From a bacterium (GTDB lineage: Bacteria; Margulisbacteria; Marinamargulisbacteria; JAHFDA01), in the NCBI GenBank assembly GCA_023249225.1, contig JAHFDA010000010.1, positions 1 through 59,779 of the forward strand: a stretch of 59,779 nucleotides of DNA, read 5' to 3'. A model generated the notes under the pieces. That model worked only from the letters and a program-made list of their open reading frames with translations, had not been told where the DNA came from and searched no databases. The position numbers were made by a program, and so were the translations under genes. Shown piece after piece: positions 27,120 through 36,904 of this stretch. Numbering within the stretch: position 1 is the stretch's first letter; every line of letters begins with the position of its first letter.

Positions 27120-27677
27120 TTACCCCCCGGCATTGGGATCGTGTACGGTGCAGGTTCTTGACGTTGAATAGGTTGTTGGAGAGAGTTTGCCTAATGTTTT
27201 TGTAATGGTGTAGTTGGTGTACGAGTAAAAGGTTTGCGTGTGTGTGTCACTTCCGTTTTTGTATAAGACCCTGATGGTTACGTTCTCGATCAGGTTGCTG
27301 CCTGTGGAGCCAAACTTGGTGGCATTCATACTATAAGTTAATTTACCAGAAGATGCGCTCATGGTTCCGGAGAGGGTTTGAGTTTCAGACTTGGCGCCGC
27401 TAAGGTATCTGATGGTAATGGTGGCGCTATCAAAGGTATAAGTTTTCGAGCAATGGGTGGCAGAGTCGTCAGAAATGTAAGTTGAACTTGAATCGAGGTC
27501 ATTGACGACAAACTTAAGCTGGCTACCGACCCTGCCTTCGACCGTTGGGTCACTGAATCCGTAATCGTAATAGGTGCCATCGCCACTATCAACACACTCT
27601 TCATACTCGGTAATATCGGCATAAACGGATGTGCTTAAAAAAGCGGCCAGTAATAAGGCCATCATGGGTAACTTCAT
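27120..27677 (-). CDS. Secreted Ser/Thr/Tyr-rich hypothetical protein
   Basis: Signal peptide MKLPMMALLLAAFLSTSVYA; beta-strand-like composition. Confidence 0.7.
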   Translation of the reverse strand: MKLPMMALLLAAFLSTSVYADITEYEECVDSGDGTYYDYGFSDPTVEGRVGSQLKFVVNDLDSSSTYISDDSATHCSKTYTFDSATITIRYLSGAKSETQTLSGTMSASSGKLTYSMNATKFGSTGSNLIENVTIRVLYKNGSDTHTQTFYSYTNYTITKTLGKLSPTTYSTSRTCTVHDPNAGG

Positions 27678-27782
27678 GATTTATTTTTTCCCAGAAATCC
27701 AGGTTTTTAAACTTGGCAACAGAAACATTCATTATGTCTAGATTATTTGATACATATAAATTTAAAAAGATCGATACAGAGT

Positions 27783-28940
27783 ATGTGGCACAGACAGCTC
27801 ACAACACCCAGTGCAGGCACACTCGATTTTCACACATCCCTGGCCGATCATTATCTGGCCACAAGCCCGGTGCCGGGTTGGGGTTTACGGCAAGCATTGG
27901 TCGATCAGGTGTGGGCGGCATGGGAAGATGGCCGTCCGGTTTTAGTCACGGGCTTACCCAAAATTGGAAAGACCACTCTGGGTCTTGATGTGCTGGCGTC
28001 CTGTGAGGGTTCCAAAGTTTATATAAACGCTTCGGACTTTGATGCGTCTGCCCAATCAGCGTCGCTTTTCCGTCGCCAGTTTGGATTGCCCGAAATTCTA
28101 GAGACCTATCTGGGAGGGTTGCGTTTTAGGCGCCGACTTTCGCAAGCGGAACTGGATGTTGAACGGGCCGTATGGTTGCAGGCCGCGCAAGCCGAAAATG
28201 CTCCCACCGCCTTTGCCTTGTGGCAGAACTGGTTGCAGAAAAGTGACCAGTCTGCTGTGGCGGTCATCGACAATGTGGGTTTTCGAGAGTTCCATGGTGC
28301 CATAAGTCCCGTGGATTACTTTCAGTATATTTCGACGCTTCCGTTTTATCATCGCATCCGCTTTTTAATGGTGCTGGACGGATGCAGCCTGCCATTTATG
28401 GAAAAGCTAGGATTGATGCGCCAATTTGACGGTTACGTGCGTGTGCATGTGCCGCCCCTGACACAGGCAGAGGCATACAGCTTGATTCGGTATCCGTTGA
28501 CCGCTGCGGGCATTTCGTTTTCGGATGAAGATTGTCAGACCTTTTGGGCTTTTGCTGGCAGCCACCCCCAGGTTCTGCAGATTTTATGTCAGACTTTTTT
28601 TACACAACAGGGTTTTGTGGGCAAAAAAATTGAACCGCTCGCCATGACCCGGTTTTTTGCCGAGATGCTTGCGCCGTCGAATGAAAGTAGTGAGAAAACG
28701 CTGAACAAGGCCATGAACGCCTATGTGGATGCGCTGGTTTTTGGCTTGCCATCTGAACTCAAAGATTGGCTGGTGCGGCATGTGTTGGATGATGGCATGC
28801 TCACGGATCTGCCTCCCGAAGCAGGCTGGTTGGATACGTTGATGGGCCACGGATTTGTCATACAGAAGCAAGACGGCACTTACCGTTTGCAAGGCATACT
28901 GCTGCTTAAGGCCTTACGCAGTTTGCAGCGGGTGATATAG
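27783..28940 (+). CDS. STAND/AAA-like P-loop protein with degenerate Walker B
   Basis: GLPKIGKTT, AVIDNVG, AGSHPQVLQIL and a winged-helix-like C-terminus. Start 27783 ATG is preferred over 27747. Confidence 0.7.
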   Translation: MWHRQLTTPSAGTLDFHTSLADHYLATSPVPGWGLRQALVDQVWAAWEDGRPVLVTGLPKIGKTTLGLDVLASCEGSKVYINASDFDASAQSASLFRRQFGLPEILETYLGGLRFRRRLSQAELDVERAVWLQAAQAENAPTAFALWQNWLQKSDQSAVAVIDNVGFREFHGAISPVDYFQYISTLPFYHRIRFLMVLDGCSLPFMEKLGLMRQFDGYVRVHVPPLTQAEAYSLIRYPLTAAGISFSDEDCQTFWAFAGSHPQVLQILCQTFFTQQGFVGKKIEPLAMTRFFAEMLAPSNESSEKTLNKAMNAYVDALVFGLPSELKDWLVRHVLDDGMLTDLPPEAGWLDTLMGHGFVIQKQDGTYRLQGILLLKALRSLQRVI

Positions 28941-28942
28941 GC

Positions 28943-30232
28943 TCACTCTAACAACCACTTCCAAACTGGGAGAATATGGATCCTGACGGAATGGCCTGAT
29001 TTGAGTTTTGCGCTTTCCTCGCCTTGTTCATCGTGGGTCAGAATCCATCCTTCTTTTAAGCGGTAGCACTCCAGGGCCTCCAACAGGCCGCTCAATTCAC
29101 GGTTACGGGTTTCGGCCTGATCCATGTTCTGGGTTACCTGAATGGCCATGCGGATATGCAGGCCATCCTGGATGACAAAGTCGCATTCGCGCGCGCCTTG
29201 ATGGTAAAAGATTTGTTTGCCCCGGCGTTTAAGTTCGAGCAGCACCACATTTTCGAGCATGCGGCCCGGTTCATCTGTAAAACGAAAGCCAATCGTTTGG
29301 GCCAAAGCCAGGTCGATCATATAGGCCTTTTTGGGCGCCAGTATTTGCCGTTTGACTGATTGATCATATTTATTGATGGTAAACGCCAAGTAGGTGCTTT
29401 CAATATAGTCAAAGTAGTCTTTGACCGTGCTGGCGCTGCCCAGGCCCAGGTGCTGCTTCATTTTTGAAAAACTGATTTCTTTACCTATGTTACTGGCAAT
29501 ATAATGCACCAGGCTTTTCATGACCCGTTCGTTGGTTAATTTGTGCCGCGTCATGATGTCGCGATACAAGATAGACTCGTACAACGATTTTAAATATTCG
29601 GGCTGCTTGTTTTTAAGGTATTCCGGAAACCCGCCTTCGTTCAAGTGGTGCCTGAACAGATTCATCAACTTTCCTTTTAGCGTCGTGGTCGGATTGAGCG
29701 CTTTTTCGGGGGATATGCCGTGGGCGTCCACCAGCTCTTTAAATGAAATCGGAAAAAGTTCCACCGGCACATAACGGCCAGTCAGATGGGTCCCCAATTC
29801 GCGGCTAAGCAGATTGGCATTGGATCCGGTGATAAAAACCTGGTCTCCCTGATCTTTCAGGCGTCGGACAAAGCGTTCCCAGCCGGGGACATTTTGGATT
29901 TCGTCAAAATAAAAACATTTTTGTTCCCCAAACTCTTCCACCAAAAGCTCGTACAGCATTTGAAAATGCTCCACGCCAAAGCCGATCAGGCGGTCATCGT
30001 CAAAATTGACGTAATAGTCCTGATGCCGGGCTTTTTTTCGCACAGCGTTTAATAAAGTCGATTTGCCGCAACGCCGCACACCCGACACCACCACCACCTG
30101 GCCGCTCTTCCCGAGCGACTGAACCTTGCCCAGGGCTTGTCTGGGAATCTCCATGGATTGCTGGTCGGCAGATTTTCTTTGATCTCGAATGACTGGCAAC
30201 AGCTGGTTTTTATTCATGACCAATACATCCAT
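28943..30232 (-). CDS. AAA_14 ATPase with DUF4143 domain
   Basis: GVRRCGKS, FDEIQNV, ITGSNANLLS, KKAYMIDLA and ECDFVI...AIQV. Confidence 0.92.
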   Translation of the reverse strand: MDVLVMNKNQLLPVIRDQRKSADQQSMEIPRQALGKVQSLGKSGQVVVVSGVRRCGKSTLLNAVRKKARHQDYYVNFDDDRLIGFGVEHFQMLYELLVEEFGEQKCFYFDEIQNVPGWERFVRRLKDQGDQVFITGSNANLLSRELGTHLTGRYVPVELFPISFKELVDAHGISPEKALNPTTTLKGKLMNLFRHHLNEGGFPEYLKNKQPEYLKSLYESILYRDIMTRHKLTNERVMKSLVHYIASNIGKEISFSKMKQHLGLGSASTVKDYFDYIESTYLAFTINKYDQSVKRQILAPKKAYMIDLALAQTIGFRFTDEPGRMLENVVLLELKRRGKQIFYHQGARECDFVIQDGLHIRMAIQVTQNMDQAETRNRELSGLLEALECYRLKEGWILTHDEQGEESAKLKSGHSVRIHILPVWKWLLE

Positions 30233-30372
30233 TCATAATGGATATTATTACACATAAACCTCCATTCTAAACAGATAGAATTTTAGACCGCTTGAATTTG
30301 GCCCGGATGAAACCAGGGCATAGAATCTAAATCTACCAATCTATTTAAATTTAGAAACCTCGATATTAATTC

Positions 30373-33351
30373 GTGCCCATTTTTTACAAACGCATTGCTG
30401 CTGCTTTTGAAACCAGTGATCGCCGGTTTTTAAATTTCGCCAGGGTCACCGATCCGTCAGAGTTTGCTCGTGTTAAAGCATCTTTGGACGAGTTGTTGGA
30501 TTCCGGCGCGGCACTGATTCACGACCTGGCCGAAATTCATCCGCAGCGCAGCGCTGTCCGGCATGGCCTGAACGCCGTTGTTCAAACGTATCGTCATCTC
30601 GTTTTTTCAACTGGCCAACGTGAAATCGGACGGTTTTTAAGAGAGGCTCAAAATTTGGTGCCAATCGAAAGTTTTTACGCCAAGCAAGGGCATGCTTTAC
30701 AGGTCTATCCGCGTTTTTTGAATTTGGTCGCCAATGTGGAAACTCTGCTGGCGTGGAATCAACTGTTCCAAAGCAGCATCGAGAGTGGGCAAGTCGATCT
30801 GGCACAGCTCGAACACGTGTTGTCGCACTGGAACACCTTTGCGGATGCTTTCGAGTTTTACATGGCCCAGGCACTTGGAAAAAAATCCGGTCGCATTCTT
30901 GACTTAACGTTAAAAGAAGAGTGGGTGCCTTTGCACGAGCGCATCACACAAGACCTGGCGCACACGCTGCTACCCATGCTCGCCCGGCAACTGCATTGTC
31001 CGCAACTTGCGGAGGAGACAGATTATCACCACTTGCTTTTGGCCATACGCCTCAAGCATTTTGGTTTTGCGCCTCTGCGTTACGGCGAGCTTGATCCGCA
31101 GTACGTGCGCGCGCGACTCGAAGTCCGTCCGACCTATGTAAACGAGTTTCCCAGCGAGGATGACCTTTCGCAAATGGAGGCCCTGTATCAGTCCGGTGTT
31201 TGGCCCATGATTATTTGTGAGGACGATTGCTGCGACGAGCGTTACTGCGATGGTCGCCTGCGGGTGTACGTTAAACAAGCCATTGTGCGCGGTCCGGACG
31301 GCTGGTACATGCACAGGTTCAAGGAACCGGTGCTGGTGCATTATGGCGAATGGGGCTACGCCGACATGCCTGGCCCTAGCAGCGATTTTCACGATCAAAT
31401 TTCTGACAGTAAAGATTTGGCGCAGCGCTTATTGCAGGCGCAAGGCGTGCGGGTGCCTGAAACCGTGTGGCTTCCGGGCAGGGATCATGAAAGCGGAAAT
31501 CGTTTTACCAACGCTTTGCACGCGGCCAATCCCCTCGAAACCTGGACCGGTGGTCATCCCGGCCTTTTGCTAAAAAAACTCAAAGCCCGCGGCTGGGATC
31601 AAGTGGTGCTTAAACCCGACAACAGCAACGGGGGCGTGGGTGTGCGCATCGGGTCGCTGCATGATTCCGAGTTTGCTGCATGGATCGCGGACTATGTTGG
31701 CGCACTTTTAAAAACGGGGCAGGGCTTTTTAATTCAGCAACGCATCGAGCCGCCGTATTTATCCATCTCCGGTGCGCTGCACGATTGGAATCTGCGCGTG
31801 TTCATTACGCGCACGGTGGCAGGCGACCCCCTGGTGGCTCCTGCGGTGGTGCGCCATCGCCGGTCGGGCGAGCCGGTCAACATTTCCATCGACGCCCAGG
31901 TGCTGACGATGCCGGGCCTGCGCAAATGTCTTGGCCTCGACGCCGCCGATTTTGAAACCTTGCAACAGGCCATTGATTCTGTGGCGCTGGCCACCTATCG
32001 CGCTGTCGCCGCAGCCGTTGCACCGTATACCCCGCAGCCGCTCGACTGGTGTGGCATCGACATTATCGTCCGGCGCGAAGCGGGGCGTTGGCTTCCGTAT
32101 GTCATTGAAGTCAACGGCGACGGGGCTGGGGCCATGTGGGATCTGGGCAACGCCGCCGGCGATCTTACGCTGGCCTGTCGTGATTGGGCGCAAGGGGTGA
32201 TGGTGCGGGCGCAGGCTTATAAGCAAAAAGTTGCCGGCGAAGACGCGCAGCTTGGAGTCAAACGCTGGAAAAATTCCGGCATGCGGCAAGATGAAAAATA
32301 CTGGCTGCGCAAGCTTGAACAAAACCCGGATGACAAAAGTGCTCTGTGGGAGCTGGTAGAGATGTATGTCCGCCAAAACCGCTTTAAAAAGGCCCAGCCC
32401 ATGGGTGAGCGTTTGGTGGCGCTGGTGCCCCGGCACGCCGACTACTGGGATTATTTGGGTGTGGCCCTGGCCAATCAGAAAAAATGGGCCGAAGCTTTAC
32501 CGTGTTTTGAAAAAGCCTGGGCCTTGGGTCTGCGGACGTCACGCCTGTCAATCAATCTGGCCAGAGCTTGTCGGGAGCTTGGTCAACAAGTCCCGGCGCA
32601 GCGTTATTACCGGTACGCGGTGCGACAGGACCCCCAAAGTTTTGCCATCGGGGCCGAGGTCTGCGGCTTTATGTTGGAGCAGCGTCAGTGGCCGCAGGCC
32701 CGGCGGCAGATGAAAGTTTTGCTGGGTGACATGCCAGCCAACGATCCCGGGATCTGCACTTGGATCGATGATGAGTGGGCTCTGGGCATGGAGCTGGCCG
32801 ATAAAATATTTTCCTCCGGCCAGTCAGATGTTCCGCTGTATGCGGAATTTTTGACGCAGTTTGAGCTTTGGGCACTACGGGAGAAAGAACCAGAGATGCT
32901 TGCTTGGTTGCTCAACCACTATCTGGATCACAATGATCCTGTGCGGGCCATACGGGCGCTTGCAAATATGCTCGAGCTGGATGACAAAAATCCCGAAGCA
33001 GAGTTGATGCTGGCCAAACTTTATTACGAACAAGGTTGGGACATAGAAGCTCAAGAGTTGGCACAGGGAGTTCTGGAGCAGGATCCGGATGCGATTGGGG
33101 GGTATGAAATCCTGATCCTGGCTCTGCTGGCGCAGGAACGCTTCGAGGAAGCTTTTCAGGGGTTTTTGCGCTTAAGGCGGGCCAGACCCTTGAATCCTGA
33201 AGATGCCGGCATAATTCCGCTTTTGACGGAACTATCCGGGCAATTGATGGTTGCAGGCTGTATAAACAATGCGGTCGAGGTGGTGAGTGAAATTTTGCGG
33301 CTCAAGCCCGAGCTGGTGGGCAGCTTCAGGGACGTGCTTGCAGACCATTGA
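30373..33351 (+). CDS. ATP-grasp ligase (YheC/D- or RimK-like) fused to C-terminal TPR repeats
   Basis: SKDLAQRLLQAQGVRVPET, VLKPDNSNGGVGV, LIQQRIEP, NLRVFI, GIDII and VIEVNG. TPR-like WDYLGVALANQKKWAEALPCFEKA. Confidence 0.8.
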   Translation: MPIFYKRIAAAFETSDRRFLNFARVTDPSEFARVKASLDELLDSGAALIHDLAEIHPQRSAVRHGLNAVVQTYRHLVFSTGQREIGRFLREAQNLVPIESFYAKQGHALQVYPRFLNLVANVETLLAWNQLFQSSIESGQVDLAQLEHVLSHWNTFADAFEFYMAQALGKKSGRILDLTLKEEWVPLHERITQDLAHTLLPMLARQLHCPQLAEETDYHHLLLAIRLKHFGFAPLRYGELDPQYVRARLEVRPTYVNEFPSEDDLSQMEALYQSGVWPMIICEDDCCDERYCDGRLRVYVKQAIVRGPDGWYMHRFKEPVLVHYGEWGYADMPGPSSDFHDQISDSKDLAQRLLQAQGVRVPETVWLPGRDHESGNRFTNALHAANPLETWTGGHPGLLLKKLKARGWDQVVLKPDNSNGGVGVRIGSLHDSEFAAWIADYVGALLKTGQGFLIQQRIEPPYLSISGALHDWNLRVFITRTVAGDPLVAPAVVRHRRSGEPVNISIDAQVLTMPGLRKCLGLDAADFETLQQAIDSVALATYRAVAAAVAPYTPQPLDWCGIDIIVRREAGRWLPYVIEVNGDGAGAMWDLGNAAGDLTLACRDWAQGVMVRAQAYKQKVAGEDAQLGVKRWKNSGMRQDEKYWLRKLEQNPDDKSALWELVEMYVRQNRFKKAQPMGERLVALVPRHADYWDYLGVALANQKKWAEALPCFEKAWALGLRTSRLSINLARACRELGQQVPAQRYYRYAVRQDPQSFAIGAEVCGFMLEQRQWPQARRQMKVLLGDMPANDPGICTWIDDEWALGMELADKIFSSGQSDVPLYAEFLTQFELWALREKEPEMLAWLLNHYLDHNDPVRAIRALANMLELDDKNPEAELMLAKLYYEQGWDIEAQELAQGVLEQDPDAIGGYEILILALLAQERFEEAFQGFLRLRRARPLNPEDAGIIPLLTELSGQLMVAGCINNAVEVVSEILRLKPELVGSFRDVLADH

Positions 33352-33382
33352 TTCCGGTCGGTGCGGAGAGGCATCTTAAAAA

Positions 33383-33400
33383 CGTACGTTATAATGTACG
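33383..33400. promoter_or_regulatory. Palindromic operator around the -10 box of the TA promoter
   Basis: CGTACGTTATAATGTACG is a near-perfect palindrome with central TATAAT, followed by RBS GGAGG. Confidence 0.7.
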
Positions 33401-33411
33401 CAGGAGGATTT

Positions 33412-33666
33412 ATGCAAACTGTGCCAGTGACCGCTGCAAGACAAAACTTATTCAATTTGATTCATCAGGCGATTCAAAGGCATATGCCGTTTCGGATTAC
33501 CACCAAGGCGGGTGGAGCGGTGGTATTGCCCGAGGGCGAGTACGAAAATTTACTGGAAACACTGTATCTTTTGGCGCAACCGGGCTTTAAAAAAAGCATC
33601 CAAAAAGCCAAAAAAGAAATCAAACAGGGCCACTTGTATTCCATGGAAGCTGTTTTTGGAAAATGA
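33412..33666 (+). CDS. Phd/YefM-family antitoxin
   Basis: PVTAARQNLFNLI and YENLLETLYLL; GGAGG RBS before ATG 33412. Confidence 0.92.
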   Translation: MQTVPVTAARQNLFNLIHQAIQRHMPFRITTKAGGAVVLPEGEYENLLETLYLLAQPGFKKSIQKAKKEIKQGHLYSMEAVFGK

Positions 33667-33920
33667 AGCGGTATGAGATCGTTTTTACCAAACAGGCCAA
33701 AAAAGATGTTGACCTGCTTATGCCCAAGCTTAAACAAAAACTCAAATCCATCCTTGAAAACGTGATCGCGGTAGATCCGTATGCCGGTAAAAAGCTGGTG
33801 GGGGAGTTGGCTGGATACTATAGTTACCGGTTAAGCTATCAGGATCGTATTGTGTATCAAATTGAGGCACACAAGATTCGGGTGATTATTTTAAGGGTGC
33901 GGACGCATTATGGAGACTAG
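33663..33920 (+). CDS. RelE/YoeB-family toxin
   Basis: FTKQAKKD, KKLVGELAGYYSYRLSYQDRIVY and RTHYGD; ATGA overlap with the antitoxin. Confidence 0.92.
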   Translation: MKRYEIVFTKQAKKDVDLLMPKLKQKLKSILENVIAVDPYAGKKLVGELAGYYSYRLSYQDRIVYQIEAHKIRVIILRVRTHYGD

Positions 33921-34701
33921 ACCCATGATCACCCTTACCACCGATTACGGTATTTCGGACGGCAATGTGGCGGCGCTTAAGGGCGTCATTTATTCCATTG
34001 ATCCGCGCGCCCAAGTGGCCGACATGGTGCATGATGTTCCGCCTTTTGACATTGTTCATGGCGCTTTTGTCATCGGCACGTCGTACATGTTCTTTCCTAA
34101 AGGCACCATCCACGTGGGTGTGGTGGATCCGGGCGTGGGCACGCGGCGGCGGCCAGTGCTGATTCAAACAGTTTCGGGCCACATATTCATCGGCCCTGAC
34201 AATGGTTTGTTCAGCCTGGTTTTGGAACGTGAAAAAATTCGTAGCATCCACGAGCTTGTGAACCCCAAATACTTTTTGCCCGAAGTCAGCCGCACCTTTC
34301 ATGGGCGCGACATTTTTGCGCCGGTGGCGGCGCATTTGGCGCGCGGGGTGGCGGCGGCAAAATTCGGAAGGCGTTTGCAGGCGGTGCAGCGGCTCGACAT
34401 GTTTTCGGTGCAGGTGAATAAAAATTCCGTTAGCGGACAGGTGATACATCTCGATCATTTTGGAAATGTGGTGACTTCTATTCCTTCGAAGTTACTTAAG
34501 GAAAATGATCGTTCCATTGTGGTACAGGTCAAAGGCCACAGCATTCGTGGCTTATCGGGAACATTCGGCGAAGTTTCCAAGGGCGCGCCGCTGGCCTATG
34601 CCGGCAGCAGTGGTTACCTGGAACTGGCATTGTGCGAAGGGTCGTTGGCAACGCGTTGGGACATTCAGCGGGGCGCTAAAATCAGCGTCACTTATAAATA
34701 A
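33910..34701 (+). CDS. SAM hydroxide adenosyltransferase/chlorinase-fluorinase family (DUF62)
   Basis: ITLTTDYG, VVDPGVGTRRR, GPDNG, TFHGRDIFAP and DHFGN. Confidence 0.93.
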   Translation: METRPMITLTTDYGISDGNVAALKGVIYSIDPRAQVADMVHDVPPFDIVHGAFVIGTSYMFFPKGTIHVGVVDPGVGTRRRPVLIQTVSGHIFIGPDNGLFSLVLEREKIRSIHELVNPKYFLPEVSRTFHGRDIFAPVAAHLARGVAAAKFGRRLQAVQRLDMFSVQVNKNSVSGQVIHLDHFGNVVTSIPSKLLKENDRSIVVQVKGHSIRGLSGTFGEVSKGAPLAYAGSSGYLELALCEGSLATRWDIQRGAKISVTYK

Positions 34702-34707
34702 AACTGC

Positions 34708-36333
34708 TTATTTGATATTTTTTCCCATGGCGCGCCCAAGCCGTAACAGGGCGTCCGAATGGTCAAAGGGATCAAGTTGCACGTTAATCAGCGAAAAGCT
34801 GGTGCTGTTCAAGCGGGCCTGGCGCAGGGCGTCCTCAAGCTCTCCTTCGGTATGCACCTCACAACCCCAGCCTTTGCGCACAATTTGCGGCCACAGATGG
34901 TAGGCCCATTCATGGATATCATTGTAGGGGCCATCGTGGATAAAGCGTTCGGTGGTGTAGCCTTTGTTGTTAAGCACAAAGATGATCGGGTTTAGGCCGT
35001 AACGCGCGATGGTCGAAATTTCCTGGCCGGTCATTTGAAAGGCCCCATCGCCCACAAACACCACGGGCCGTAGTTTTGGATTACGCATCTGGGCACCAAT
35101 GGCGGCGGGTACGGCAAAGCCCATGGATGTGTAATAGGCAGGACTAATAAATTCGGTGCGGCGGTGAATCGTAAGGTCAGCGGCTCCAAGCAAACTATCG
35201 CCAATGTCGCAGATGACCACATTCTTTGGACCTAAGAAGTGGTTCAGGCGCGCAAAGAAACGGTTCACCGTAATATTTTTTTTGGCAATGCTCTTAAACG
35301 CCTGGGGCAGGGTGGGTGCTGGCCAGCGTCGGCGGGCAGCTTTAAGCGGAAACTTTGTCAGACCGCGGATCATATCCTCGAGCCGGATGTCGGCATAATG
35401 ATGGTGCTTGATGGTGACCAGGCCTTCGTTGATTTGCACAGACCGCTGCGGATTAAGCTGCGCGGTGTTGATGCCAAGGTTGATATCGGTCATAAACACG
35501 CCCAGCATCAGCAGGCAATCGGCTTGTTCTACCAGCTTTCTGACGGGCTGTTTGCCCATGGCGCCCACATAAATGCCCGCATATTGGCGATGGGTTTCGC
35601 TGATGACCGATTTACCCAGCAGAGTAGCGGCCACCGGGTAGCCGGTTTTCTCTACCAGGCGCACCAGGCGCTGTTGCAGTCCGTAGCGGTGAATTTCCAC
35701 ACCGGCCAAAATCACGGGTTGCCTGGCTGCGGCCAACATGGCGTGGCTCTCGAGCAGCGCTTCTTTTAGAGCGTTGCTGTTACTGCGGTAGGCCACGTGG
35801 GCCAAAGGGCCTCTGGGTGCTGGGCAGGGCACATGCACCATATCACGGGGCAGTTCGATGTAGACCGGACGTTTGTGTTGCAGGCAAGCCGACAGCGTGT
35901 GGTCGATCTGGGTGGGCGCCAGCCCGGCGTCTTCGATGGCCACCGAGGCTACGGTGACCTTTTCAAAAATGGACTGTTGCGTATTAAAGTTACCGACGCG
36001 ATGGTGCATGTTGGGCGTGCGTCGACGCTCTGCCATACCGGGCGCGCCGCTGATGATCACCAGGGGAGATTTTTCGGCGTAAGCTCCGGCCACCGCATTG
36101 AGCACGTTAAAACCACCCACGCAGTATGTGACGCACACCGCTCCCAGTCCGTTGACGCGTGCGTAGGCATCGGCGGCAAATCCGGCGCCGATTTCGGAAC
36201 ACGTGCCAATAACCTTGATGGGACTGTCGACCAACTGGTCGTAAAACCCCAGCACATAGTCGCCCGGAATGCCAAAGACGTGTTTAAGCCCAATTTGTTG
36301 CAGACGCTTGATAAGGTATTGGCCGATGTTCAT
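34708..36333 (-). CDS. TPP-dependent 2-oxoacid decarboxylase (indolepyruvate/pyruvate decarboxylase family)
   Basis: FGIPGDYVL, AADAYAR, GAYAEKSP, and TPP motif GDGAFQMTGQE...LNNKGY. Confidence 0.93.
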   Translation of the reverse strand: MNIGQYLIKRLQQIGLKHVFGIPGDYVLGFYDQLVDSPIKVIGTCSEIGAGFAADAYARVNGLGAVCVTYCVGGFNVLNAVAGAYAEKSPLVIISGAPGMAERRRTPNMHHRVGNFNTQQSIFEKVTVASVAIEDAGLAPTQIDHTLSACLQHKRPVYIELPRDMVHVPCPAPRGPLAHVAYRSNSNALKEALLESHAMLAAARQPVILAGVEIHRYGLQQRLVRLVEKTGYPVAATLLGKSVISETHRQYAGIYVGAMGKQPVRKLVEQADCLLMLGVFMTDINLGINTAQLNPQRSVQINEGLVTIKHHHYADIRLEDMIRGLTKFPLKAARRRWPAPTLPQAFKSIAKKNITVNRFFARLNHFLGPKNVVICDIGDSLLGAADLTIHRRTEFISPAYYTSMGFAVPAAIGAQMRNPKLRPVVFVGDGAFQMTGQEISTIARYGLNPIIFVLNNKGYTTERFIHDGPYNDIHEWAYHLWPQIVRKGWGCEVHTEGELEDALRQARLNSTSFSLINVQLDPFDHSDALLRLGRAMGKNIK

Positions 36334-36417
36334 GGATTGGCGAATATATTGTAGCTGCCCGGAGGCAGATGGTTTTAAACTTCCAGTTTGTCATATAATG
36401 GCTTACAGAAACATCAT

Positions 36418-36648
36418 ATGAAGAAAGCTCATATTAATAAGATTGTAAGTTCGTTAGAGGATTTAAATGATCAGTATGGACCACAGGTACTAAACTTTGT
36501 TTCATATCTGGCTGCTGTTCAGGATTTTGATCAGGACATGCCCCTTTCGGACGAAGCAAAATCCATTCAAGATTTTCGCAAGAAAAAACAAAAAACGATT
36601 CCAGTGGACAAACTTTTAAAAGAGTTCAAGGTTCGTGTATCACGTTGA
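36418..36648 (+). CDS. Putative antitoxin of unrecognised family
   Basis: Small ORF overlapping the downstream RelE gene; assigned by position only. Confidence 0.6.
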   Translation: MKKAHINKIVSSLEDLNDQYGPQVLNFVSYLAAVQDFDQDMPLSDEAKSIQDFRKKKQKTIPVDKLLKEFKVRVSR

Positions 36649-36892
36649 AGTTAGTGACAAGGCCTATAAAGCCTTAAAAAAGTTTCCGCTTTTTCATGCC
36701 CAGGTTATTTTACGCAAGATCCATCTGTTAAAGCACTACGATCCATTGATGCCTAACATAAAGGCTTTAAAAGGCGAGTGGCAGGGAGTGTTTCGCCTGA
36801 GGGTTGGGAACTACCGCATTGTTTTTGAAATTCACCAAAGAAGTCTTGCCATCTTGATCATCGATATTTTTCATCGCGGCAAGGGTTACTGA
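36635..36892 (+). CDS. RelE/ParE-family toxin
   Basis: KAYKALKK and IKALKGEWQGVFRLRVGNYRIVF...IFHRGKGY. Confidence 0.92.
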   Translation: MYHVEVSDKAYKALKKFPLFHAQVILRKIHLLKHYDPLMPNIKALKGEWQGVFRLRVGNYRIVFEIHQRSLAILIIDIFHRGKGY

Positions 36893-36904
36893 AACAGGAT
36901 CACT

